The notes beneath the pieces are model-generated. The model saw only the letters and a program-made list of their open reading frames with translations, had not been told where the DNA came from and made no database searches. Shown here in pieces: positions 16,064-25,800 of a stretch of DNA of 64,000 bases. Location: sequence record MW373745.1. One strand, 5' to 3'. How positions within the stretch are numbered: the stretch's first letter is position 1; the number at the start of each line of letters is the position of its first letter. Made by a program: the position numbers and the translations under genes.

Positions 16064-17668
16064 ATGAAAGAATTAGTAGCATCGTGGCTAGCACGCAGAT
16101 TTACAGATAATGACTTTAGAAGTGTTCTCAAAAATGTCGTTCTAAAAGATGGTATAGGTAAAGGCACCAAACGCCCAGATAATGCTACCAATTTTGTGAA
16201 TACAAAAACTGGTGAATTAATAGAACCTACTAAAATTCGTGAATTTATCAAAGCTATGAATGTGGAGGTTCAAACTCGCAATAATTTCTATAAAGGTAAT
16301 ACCGATTATCAAAATGTTTCACAAGTTCCACAAAATGGTGTTTTGCAGGGTTCTGTAGTTTTAAGCACACCTTATACTGCTATGCAGGTTGTTTTAGAAT
16401 CATTTGTAGGTGATGGAATTATAAATTTTGGAACCGCAGTCCAAGCAGATTTTAATCAAGTTAAATTAAATCAAAAATCTTTATTTTTAGCACACGGTAA
16501 TTATTTTGCAAGATTAGAATTTACAGCAAGTGCGATTGCTAATATTTCTGGTGGTGTAAGATTAACTTATAATCAGTCTCAACTTTGGTATGATCAAGGT
16601 AGATCAGAAGTTAATATTAATTATGATGCTTTAACAAAAATATTAGCTCTTGAAGATTTTACTGACGTAGAAATTGGTATAGCAGATTTTAGTTCTAAGA
16701 AAATTAAATGGTTTAATAACGTTAAACTTAAAGCAAGTACATTAAAATTCACAGTTTCTCAAAATACAGAAAACGCTAATAAAACAGTTCAAAAACGTAT
16801 AGTTTCTGGGTATTTAGATTTTACAATTGATCAAACTATTGAAGATACAATATCTGAGAAATTAAAAGGTGCTTTGATCACAGCTGCTAGATTCAATAAA
16901 TTCAAACAATTATTAAATAAAGCTGAAGTTGCTTGTTTATGTGATTGTAATTATTGTACTTGTGATTGTAATTATTGTACTTGTGATTGTAATTATTGTA
17001 CTTGTAATTGCAATTATTGTACTTGTGATTGTAATTATTGTACTTGTGATTGTAATTATTGTACTTGTAATAATAATAAAGAATACACTGATAGGGTTAA
17101 TTATTGGCATGGTGTTGTTTGTACTTGTAATGCGAATATTACTTGCCAAACTCAAGGTCCTGGATATACACCAGTTTATGAAAACAAATATATGACTGAG
17201 TGTTCTTGCCAAGGGGATAGAAGTGTTCCGCAATACAACCAATACGGTCAAATATATGGTTATGCGTGTAGATGTAATGCTAACTGGATTAATTCTGTTA
17301 GACAACACGCTACCGTAACTCAAGTATGTTCTTGTAACGTTGATAAACAATGGACTAAAAATATTACAGGTAAACCAATTTGGGATAAAAAATCTACAGG
17401 TCAAATCGATAATATTGTCAACAACAATACTTCAAATTCACAAACAAGTACTACTGTAAGAGTTTGTGTTTGTGATACAAACGTCACAATAGCTGCACAA
17501 TGTGCTACAAATAGAACAATGGCTTATGTTGATGGGTCAACTGGAAGTCAAGGCGGTTACAGATGTGTTTGCGATATCAACACAAATAGACAAATTGCTT
17601 GTTCTGCTAATAGAGAATATAAATATGTCACTGACTATACTCAATTTCAAAACAAACAATACAATTAA
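16064..17668 (+). CDS. Cys-rich repeat protein, putative radical-SAM-modified virion protein
   Basis: About 290 Cys-free N-terminal residues, then 35 Cys: (CDCNYCT)x6 and six further CxC[DNQ]x[ND] units. Confidence 0.75.
   Translation: MKELVASWLARRFTDNDFRSVLKNVVLKDGIGKGTKRPDNATNFVNTKTGELIEPTKIREFIKAMNVEVQTRNNFYKGNTDYQNVSQVPQNGVLQGSVVLSTPYTAMQVVLESFVGDGIINFGTAVQADFNQVKLNQKSLFLAHGNYFARLEFTASAIANISGGVRLTYNQSQLWYDQGRSEVNINYDALTKILALEDFTDVEIGIADFSSKKIKWFNNVKLKASTLKFTVSQNTENANKTVQKRIVSGYLDFTIDQTIEDTISEKLKGALITAARFNKFKQLLNKAEVACLCDCNYCTCDCNYCTCDCNYCTCNCNYCTCDCNYCTCDCNYCTCNNNKEYTDRVNYWHGVVCTCNANITCQTQGPGYTPVYENKYMTECSCQGDRSVPQYNQYGQIYGYACRCNANWINSVRQHATVTQVCSCNVDKQWTKNITGKPIWDKKSTGQIDNIVNNNTSNSQTSTTVRVCVCDTNVTIAAQCATNRTMAYVDGSTGSQGGYRCVCDINTNRQIACSANREYKYVTDYTQFQNKQYN
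16940..17065 (+). repeat. Six 21-bp tandem coding repeats tgtgattgtaattattgtact
   Basis: Units start at 16940, 16961, 16982, 17003 (variant), 17024 and 17045. Confidence 0.95.
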
Positions 17669-17926
17669 AACTCAATTAACATATAATCAGCTTGAAGTTC
17701 TTAAAAAGAGCTTCAATGCTTTTTAAAAATTTAAGATCAGAGATTTAAAACTAAAGTTTAAATTTTAAAATATTAAAGCATTTTTATATAAAATTATACA
17801 AATAGATATAATTTTATATCAAATATTATATATTCTGGACTTAAAAGTATATTAAACTAAATAAATATAGAAATTATTTTAGAATTTTCAAAAATTGAAA
17901 GTTTTGAAATTTAAATATAATAAAAC

Positions 17927-17961
17927 GAGAAATAAAGAAACTACCAATTTCTTTATTTCTC
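17927..17961. promoter_or_regulatory. Perfect 14-bp inverted repeat upstream of the TnpB-like gene (possible IS left-end hairpin or 5'UTR structure)
   Basis: gagaaataaagaaa-ctaccaa-tttctttatttctc. Confidence 0.6.
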
Positions 17962-17983
17962 TAATTTTAAACATAGGATTGAT

Positions 17984-19402
17984 ATGTCTAAAACTAAAAG
18001 TATTTATAATGAAGAGATACAAAATATTATAACAATCAAGCTAGACTATAAGTCTTCTGATACAGAAAGAATACTTGATTGTATCAAAAACTACAACTCT
18101 CTTTTTAGATCAACATATTCATTTTATCAGCAAGTTCCTGACTTAAAACAAGCAGAAACAACAAGACTTCAATCTAGATTGAATAATATTTTTCTTGATA
18201 AGTGGTTTTTTAACTCAGCTGTTTTTGATGTTAAAAGTTTTAAGAACAAGAAAAAGAAAGATGAAAAAGTTATATTTGGTGGTAAAAAGAATTTCTTTGA
18301 TAGATTAAAAGGAAAAATTTCAAGAGAAGAATACCAACTAAAAAGACTGCTTCCTCTATATAGTGTAGGTGAAGCATCTAAGAATGGAAATAGAAAATCC
18401 CAAATAGAAGATGAAAATACAATAATTTTTAAAGTCTCAAGAAAAGAACATATCACTCTAAAATTAAATGGAACTTCTAAGAGATATAGAGATTATTTGA
18501 ATCAGCTGATTACTTTACAAATAAACAAATCTATACCGATAACCTACAAGCTAGATACCAAATATGTTTATATCAGCTTCGACTTGAATAAACTCAAACA
18601 CAATTTAAAAGTACAAGATAAGATTAAAGACAGAGTATTTGGTATTGATCTAAATCCCAACTACATTGGATATTCAGTAGTAGATTGGAAAAACGATGGA
18701 TCTTATAAAATCATAAAAACGGGTTCTATTTCTTTAAAAGCTCTAAATGATTATGATGATTCTTTAAAAGGACAAGGGTATTCTGGACAAAGTAAAGAAA
18801 GAAAATACATTTCAAATAAAAGAAATCACGAAATCATACAAATAGTCCATCAGCTATCTAAGTTAGCAAATCATTTTGGGTGTGAGATTTTTAGCTTAGA
18901 ATACCTTAATACGAAGCAAGGAGATAAAGAAAAAGGAACTAAGTTCAACAAACTCTGTAATAATCAGTGGTGTAGAAGTCTTTTAGTTTCACAAATAAAG
19001 AAAATGAATTGTCTATACAAGATTAGAACTCTAGAGGTTCAACCTCAATATAGTTCATTTATTGGAAATCTTGTATATAGAGTTCATCAGCTTCCTGATT
19101 ATGTTCTAGCAAGTATAGAAATAGGAAGAAGGGGATATGAATTCTACCATCAATATATCTTAAAAGATAAAAAGATGGAGAAGAATATCATCTTTGGAAA
19201 CTATGAAAAAGATAAAAATCTTTATTATCTATCATTGGAAGAAATCGGTATTAAAGAGTCTTTTAATAGTTTTATGGAGATGTATTCTTTTGTAAAAAAT
19301 TCTAAATTGAGATATAGAGTTTCTCTAGATGATATAGATTCATCTAGAGTTTTCAGGAAACTTTTTATAAAATCTTATACGGAATTTTATAATTTTTTAT
19401 AA
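17984..19402 (+). CDS. tnpB: TnpB-like RuvC nuclease (IS200/IS605/IS607 accessory family), with no adjacent transposase
   Basis: RuvC-I FGIDLNP (D222), RuvC-II SLEYL (E306), EVQPQYSSFIG then PDYVLASIEIGRRG (D372). Confidence 0.75.
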   Translation: MSKTKSIYNEEIQNIITIKLDYKSSDTERILDCIKNYNSLFRSTYSFYQQVPDLKQAETTRLQSRLNNIFLDKWFFNSAVFDVKSFKNKKKKDEKVIFGGKKNFFDRLKGKISREEYQLKRLLPLYSVGEASKNGNRKSQIEDENTIIFKVSRKEHITLKLNGTSKRYRDYLNQLITLQINKSIPITYKLDTKYVYISFDLNKLKHNLKVQDKIKDRVFGIDLNPNYIGYSVVDWKNDGSYKIIKTGSISLKALNDYDDSLKGQGYSGQSKERKYISNKRNHEIIQIVHQLSKLANHFGCEIFSLEYLNTKQGDKEKGTKFNKLCNNQWCRSLLVSQIKKMNCLYKIRTLEVQPQYSSFIGNLVYRVHQLPDYVLASIEIGRRGYEFYHQYILKDKKMEKNIIFGNYEKDKNLYYLSLEEIGIKESFNSFMEMYSFVKNSKLRYRVSLDDIDSSRVFRKLFIKSYTEFYNFL

Positions 19403-19481
19403 GTTTTATATGAAGTTTATATCTTTTTAAGTCAAAATATATTATAATTATTTTATCAAAGCTGTATATAAAGGAGATATA

Positions 19482-20561
19482 ATGAATTATTTAGAACTTA
19501 AAAATATGGCGGAGAATTTAAAAGATTCTAATTATAGGTCAACAAAATTAAACGATTTTAAATTCTATACTTATATATTGTCAGATTATAAAAACTTCAA
19601 AGAAAATAATACTTTTTTCATAAGAGGTTTAATGATAGATTCTAAATCTATATTAAACAAAGATACTTTAGCACCTGGTATATCGATACCAATACCAAAA
19701 TTCTTTAATATTAATGAAAATGAAGATTGGATATTACCAGATTCTACAAATCTTGAAGATTTCACTATAGTGACAAAATACGATGGTTCTTTAATGATAC
19801 CTTATGAATATGATGGTATAAAATTTAGAACTAAAATGTCTATTGACAACGATCAAACTAAATTAGCTAATAAGTATATCAAAAATAATCCAGATATATT
19901 AGATCTAATAAAAAATAATCCAGGTACCCAGTACTTTTTCGAGTTGATATCACCTTTAAATAGAATAGTGGTAGACTATAATAAAACTGAATTAAAATTA
20001 ATAGCTGAATTAAATCTTAGAACATTAGAATTTAAAATTCACGAAACTAACGAGTTTAATTTTAAAGATTTAAATATTAGGACTCTAAAAGATCTTAAAG
20101 ATTATATAAACACCATATCTAATTACGAAGGTGTTATATTGCAGCATAAAGTAACTAAAAAAGTCTACAAGTTAAAAACACAAGAATATTTAGACTTACA
20201 TAATACTGTAACTAATTTAGATTTAAAAGTGATATACAAAATGATATTAGAAGAAACTATAGATGATGTGTTACCAAAATTATCGCCAGAAGCTGTGGCT
20301 TATGTTGATTCTGTATCTAATTCAGTAAAAGTTAAGTTAAATGAAATATTAGATTCTATAGATTCTAATTATATTAAAGCTAAAGATCTTGAAGCTCCAG
20401 CTTTATATATAAAAGATTTGAATATAGATCCTATAGCCAAAGATTGTTTATTTAAATTATGTAGAAATAAACTTAATTTAGACAACGTCTTAGATCAAGT
20501 TAAAAAATCTATGTTAAAATATAACAAATTGCGAGATATTAAGGTTTTTTTAAAGCTATAA
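19482..20561 (+). CDS. RNA ligase 1 (T4 RnlA-like)
   Basis: Motif I KYDGSL, FFELISPLNRIVVDY, EGVIL, YKLK. Confidence 0.85.
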   Translation: MNYLELKNMAENLKDSNYRSTKLNDFKFYTYILSDYKNFKENNTFFIRGLMIDSKSILNKDTLAPGISIPIPKFFNINENEDWILPDSTNLEDFTIVTKYDGSLMIPYEYDGIKFRTKMSIDNDQTKLANKYIKNNPDILDLIKNNPGTQYFFELISPLNRIVVDYNKTELKLIAELNLRTLEFKIHETNEFNFKDLNIRTLKDLKDYINTISNYEGVILQHKVTKKVYKLKTQEYLDLHNTVTNLDLKVIYKMILEETIDDVLPKLSPEAVAYVDSVSNSVKVKLNEILDSIDSNYIKAKDLEAPALYIKDLNIDPIAKDCLFKLCRNKLNLDNVLDQVKKSMLKYNKLRDIKVFLKL

Positions 20562-20615
20562 ATTATATAATATTAAAATCAAGTCTTAAATCAATCTTTA
20601 AAAGGTTTTTCTTAA

Positions 20616-20705
20616 ATGAATTCATTTATATATTATATTGCAGTTTACGGCGGGATAAGTGCGATTTTGAGTGTTTTTGCAGTATATATTTCTCATAAGT
20701 TTTAA
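20616..20705 (+). CDS. 29-aa hydrophobic peptide MNSFIYYIAVYGGISAILSVFAVYISHKF (not in the ORF track)
   Basis: Fills the intergenic gap, AAGG upstream, one TM-length hydrophobic stretch. Confidence 0.45.
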   Translation: MNSFIYYIAVYGGISAILSVFAVYISHKF

Positions 20706-20714
20706 AGGTATAAA

Positions 20715-21128
20715 ATGAACACAATTAAACTAACTTGGAATGATGTTCACCAAGCTTTGCATAATCTTACAAATGAAGTAGATCTTAAAAATTTTGATTG
20801 TATAATAACTCCCAATAGAGGCGGATTAATAATAACTAGTATGTTGCAATACACCCAGGGTGTTAAATTACCTGTTTATGTAATTAATAATTCTGATGTA
20901 ATCAATATTCAAAATTATAAAAAAGTTTTATTTTTAGATGATATTAACGATACAAGTAAAACAATATTTAAAATCCAAAAAGTTTTCAATGGTCTCATAA
21001 CATTTAAAACATTATTTGAAAGATATAATAGTCCATTTAAAACTGAGACTATCAATATCATCTTGAATGATGTTTGGTTAATTTTTCCTTGGGATATTAA
21101 CCCAGAAGTTTTAAATCTAAGAAAGTGA
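20715..21128 (+). CDS. Type I phosphoribosyltransferase (purine PRTase-like)
   Basis: PRPP-binding loop VLFLDDINDTSKT; NRGG; WLIFPWD. Confidence 0.8.
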   Translation: MNTIKLTWNDVHQALHNLTNEVDLKNFDCIITPNRGGLIITSMLQYTQGVKLPVYVINNSDVINIQNYKKVLFLDDINDTSKTIFKIQKVFNGLITFKTLFERYNSPFKTETINIILNDVWLIFPWDINPEVLNLRK

Positions 21129-21137
21129 GTAATTAAT

Positions 21138-21479
21138 ATGCTAGTACCAAAAATAATCAGAAATTCAAAAGTTTATAGATTTATAAAAAATATCATTAAA
21201 TTCAGAAATGAATTAATAATTTGGAGACCTTATGAGCCAATATTTGATTTAAAATTGATTTATAAAATGCTTAAAATCAAAAGAGAATATTGGCTTGATG
21301 ATTGTGGTGGGGCAGCTTATGAAGGTATGGAAAAAGAATTAGATACTTTAAATAGACTCTTAAATGAGTTAGACTTAGTATTTAAATATTCATATGATGG
21401 TGATGGCCAAACTGCTATGATCCATTTTGACATTTTTATGGAAATATATAAGAAAAATGCTTTTAAATTTTGGTGTTGA
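21138..21479 (+). CDS. Hypothetical phage protein
   Basis: ORF in operon context. Confidence 0.55.
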   Translation: MLVPKIIRNSKVYRFIKNIIKFRNELIIWRPYEPIFDLKLIYKMLKIKREYWLDDCGGAAYEGMEKELDTLNRLLNELDLVFKYSYDGDGQTAMIHFDIFMEIYKKNAFKFWC

Positions 21480-21568
21480 TATGACAATGCGTGTTAGAAT
21501 CTAAAAATACTAAAATATTTAAATTGCATTTAATCATAAATACTATATAATATATCTAAAGGAGAATT

Positions 21569-22738
21569 ATGGAATATTTACCAAAATCTCAAGGACCTAA
21601 AAAACTTTATAATTTTGATATTAATATGACTCAAGCGTGTACACTAAGATGTACATACTGTATTCAAGATTTTAATAAACAAAAATTTGAAAAATTATCA
21701 CCAGAACTTACTAAAAAAATGATAGAAAAGTTTGATTTTCTATTGAATTCAGTAGAATTCAATAAACATTATGATGGTATTAGAATTTCATTCTGGGGTG
21801 GGGAACCCACAACTAACCTAGAAGGTGTTAAAGAGTTTGTAGAATACTATAGACACAACCCAAAAGTTTGTTTCTTTATGTATTCAAATGGTTATAAATA
21901 CAACCACGTTTTTGATTACTTAGAAACATTTAAGTATATGCCAAATGTCGGGTCAGAACCAAAATTCTTGACTCAAATATCTTATGATGGAATGGCAAGT
22001 CACGATTCAGATAGACTTAATTTACAAGGTAAGGGCTCAGCACAACAAGTTAAAGAAACTGTTTTTGAACTAGCAAAAAGAAATATACCTTTTATTGTAC
22101 ATCCTACGATTGCAGCTAAGAATTTCGATAAGATTGCTATTAATTATTTCGAATTTAAAAGAATGTCCGATGTCTTAGGTATTGAACTTAATTATAACCC
22201 TACGATAGACTATATGTCTAAATATGATTTTACAAAAGAACAATTAGAAGCATTGACAAATACTTTAAAAGAAGAATTCTTAAAAATACGTGATGCTGAA
22301 GTTGAGTTCTTTAAAAGAAAAGGATATTTTAATTTTGGTTGGATGAATCCAAATAGAAGTATTTGTACAGCAGGTGATGGCTATTCTGGTATTGAATTGG
22401 ATGGTAAAATGTATGCTTGTCACGGTGTTTTTAGTGAAGAATATAAACCAAATAATGTTTTAAATGATATTAATTTTGAGAATGTAAAATTTACTGAAAC
22501 ATTGATTAAGAGCTCACAAGATCATAGAAAAATATTAAATGAAAATATGCCCAAAGCTTGCCAAGAATGTTTTACACATTATTGTTTAAAATGTAATTCT
22601 ACAAAATTTGGTATTTCTAATAAAGAAACCTACGCAGAAAGATGGACTGATTATAGTTGCCAACCTGGTTTATGTTATATGTTTAAATTCATAGGTAAAT
22701 ATAGAATAGCTTTGATGAAATATATTCAAGCTTCTTAG
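21569..22738 (+). CDS. Radical SAM enzyme with a SPASM-type auxiliary cluster domain
   Basis: CTLRCTYC (CxxxCxxC), FWGGEP, C-terminal CTAG...DGKMYACH...CQECFTHYCLKC...C. Confidence 0.9.
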   Translation: MEYLPKSQGPKKLYNFDINMTQACTLRCTYCIQDFNKQKFEKLSPELTKKMIEKFDFLLNSVEFNKHYDGIRISFWGGEPTTNLEGVKEFVEYYRHNPKVCFFMYSNGYKYNHVFDYLETFKYMPNVGSEPKFLTQISYDGMASHDSDRLNLQGKGSAQQVKETVFELAKRNIPFIVHPTIAAKNFDKIAINYFEFKRMSDVLGIELNYNPTIDYMSKYDFTKEQLEALTNTLKEEFLKIRDAEVEFFKRKGYFNFGWMNPNRSICTAGDGYSGIELDGKMYACHGVFSEEYKPNNVLNDINFENVKFTETLIKSSQDHRKILNENMPKACQECFTHYCLKCNSTKFGISNKETYAERWTDYSCQPGLCYMFKFIGKYRIALMKYIQAS

Positions 22739-22748
22739 AATTCTAAAA

Positions 22749-22791
22749 TAGTTCTAAATTGACACTATAGTGTTCTATTTTAGAACTATAC
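22749..22791. terminator. Imperfect palindrome after the radical SAM gene
   Basis: atagttctaaa...acactatagtgt...tttagaactat. Confidence 0.5.
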
Positions 22792-22840
22792 TGACATATA
22801 CCAGAATCCAAAAATAAATATACAAAAAGTAGGATTTATT

Positions 22841-25800
22841 TTGAGTATAATAAAATCAACTGCTAGGGGTATTAGAGGTACTTATAGAGCAGGCAAAAAT
22901 GCAGTTAATAGTGTTAATTCTGCTTATAATAGTGCTGTTAGTGGTATAAACAAAGTAAATTCTGCTTTAGATCCTATGAATACAGTTAGAAGTGCTACTC
23001 AAAGACTCAATAACTGGATGGATTCGGATTCTAAAGTATCTAAGACAACTCAAAAAAATAATGATTCAATTGTTAGTGAATTAAACAACGTAGCCAATGA
23101 AGTTGTTAGTGCAGCCAAAGCTTTAGATCCTATGAATGCTAGAAAATTAACAGAAATTTCAGAATCTCTTAAAAATATTTCAAAACAAATCTCGGATATT
23201 AAAAAAGGATTAATAGATAATCAAGATACAGAAATAAGACACCAAGGTTTTGATAAAAACGTTCAAAATGTTTCAGAATCTAAAGTAAATGTACCTCAGA
23301 ATAAAAGTTTTTTTGATAAACTTTTAGGTTGGTTAGGAGGTTTATTAGGTATATCGGCAGGTGCTTTATTACCATTATTGGGATCATTAGGAAGTTTTTT
23401 AACAAAGCCTTTAGATTTCATTTTAGATCTATTAAAAGGTGGTATTAATAAATTATGGACTTTATTTGAGCCATTATTAGGCCCTATTATAGACCCTTTA
23501 AAAAATGGATTTGAATTCTTAAAAAATAAATGGAACTCATTAGTAGATTTTATTAATAAAAAAATTAATATTGGTGATAAATGGAAAATCTCAGATAATG
23601 ATAATCCAAAAAATCCAAAATCACCAAAAGTAAGTTCATCTAATCCAGCTAAAGAACAATCTTGGATGTCTAAGAAATGGGATTCTTTTAAAGGTGCTAT
23701 GCAAAATGGATATGATTGGGCTTCACAAAAAGTAGATGATTTAAAATCATATGCTAGTAAGAAATATCAAGATATTAAAAATTCTAAAGTAGGTAAAATT
23801 ATATCTGCAGGATATGATAAATTAAAAGCAGCACAAAAATATATTGTAGAAAAAGCTATTGAAGGATTTGATGCTGTTAAAAATATGGTAAGCTCTGCTT
23901 GGGATTCAGCAGTTAAAGCAGCACAAAAAGGCTTTAATATGCTTAAAAAGTTTGCTTTAGCTCCTATGGAGAAATTTGTTAGTTCAGTAGGTAAGAAACT
24001 ATTTGGAAGTTCTAAGTTATTTTCAGTTCTACCTAGTATACTTGGAAATCTTGAAAAAATAGGAGCAAGATTAGCTGCTAGTGGTGCTAAAATAGCTTCA
24101 AAAGCTTTACCAGGTGTTGGGTTTGCTGTAGGTATATACCAAGCTTGGGATTTCTTTACTCGTGGTAGATGGGTATTGGGTTCAATAGCAGCACTTAGTG
24201 CTTGTATTTCATTATTACCAGGTATTGGTGGGATCATATCTATGTGTTTAGACTTAGGTTTATTTGCTACTGATATTATAACAAGTCCAGATGATGTAGA
24301 TAATCTTAATAAAGAACAAAATGATTTAGTAAATACAGCAAATAAAATGGTTCAAAATAATGATACTGGAGGTATTTTAGAACCAAGTCAAGTAGAAAAA
24401 GATAAAGCACAATCTGGAGTTCAAGATTCAAGTTCTAATTCAAGTTCAAGTAATAAAGGATTAAATGCTAAAGTACTTGATGGTAAATCTGCTAACGATT
24501 TTGCTGCTTCGTATACACCACATAAAGTGGATTCTAACGGAACCGTTATAGCTGCTAAAACAGGTTCTATATATAAAGGTTTGACCTGGGTAGAATCTGA
24601 AAAATATGATGCTGAAAAGCAAGCTTATTTTAAGAAACGTGAAGAAAAAGAAGCACAATTAGATGCGCTTTTTGAACAAGGTCAAAAAGCTATGAATTCT
24701 GGAGATACTGAAACCTTTAATAAATTAGTTACACAAAGAAATAAATTATCTGATGAATTATCTAAAATGAGCTTAGATTCTATCGATTCTAAATATCAAG
24801 CTATTGGACAAGCAAGAATTAAAAAATTGCAAAGCCAAGGAGCTAATGCAGATTTATCGGTATTTAGAACTAATGGAGATTCAAGTACTAGTTCAGGGGG
24901 AACTGATACAAAACCAGATTCTACAAATGCTAGTGCTAGTGTAGCTTCGCAAGCTTCTGGTTCAATCTCTCCGGCGCAAGTTCAAGGAGCTCAATCCACA
25001 GAAGCCCAAGGCTCGAGTTCAGGAGGATCTCCAGGAGCAAGAGCTGCAGCAGAATTCAGTAAAAAATATAACTTAGGAACTAGAGCAACAGGCGCTTGCG
25101 CCAAGTATGTTAGATCTTATTTGATGGCAGCAGGATATCCATTATCTGGTTGGCCAGTAGCAGCTGCAGATTATATAAATTTCTTACCTAAATATGGTTT
25201 TACACCAGTTCAAGGTAGAGCTTCACAAATAAGCCCAGAAGTAGGTGACATTTCAATAACCCAGAGATTTGGAAATCACAAATATGGGCATATTGCTATT
25301 TGGAATGGTTCTAATTGGGTTTCAGATTTTAAACAAAACTCAGTTTCAATTTATAGAGACGTAAATGCTTTCGGTGGGCCGGATGCTAATATAACTATTC
25401 TAAGAGATACTTCAGGTCAAAATCCATCTCAAGAACTTGTAAATCAACAATTATCCAATATGAATAGTTCTTTTAAAGTTGCATTAGGGGGTGGAGGTGC
25501 TAAAGGTGCTGTTTATAGTTTGGATTCTGGAGTTTCAAATGTTGTTACAAATACAGCAGGCGCTGCAGCTAGTGTTATAAGTTCTGGTGTAAGTAGTATC
25601 CAATCTTTTGCTAATGCTAATTCTATTACAACCAGAAAATCTTTAACTCAAATGTATACAGAATCTGGATTAAGTACTAGTTTTGGGTCAAGTTCAGCCC
25701 CACAAGCTGCTAGCCCAGCTGCAAATTCAACACCAAAAGAAACAAAAGCAGATATTAAGCCAGCTTCAAAACCAGTAGCGTCAGTCCCACAAGCTGCTAG

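Noticed and set aside
16940-17065. 21-bp repeats as a CRISPR array
   Set aside because: No spacers; the units are contiguous and in frame within a long ORF
16929-17404. Hydrophobic ORFs 16929-17195 (+) and 16937-17404 (-)
   Set aside because: Alternative-frame shadows of the Cys repeat, with no independent expression signals
21569-22738. Radical SAM as QueE of the 7-deazaguanine pathway
   Set aside because: QueE enzymes are much shorter and lack the Cys-rich SPASM extension seen here
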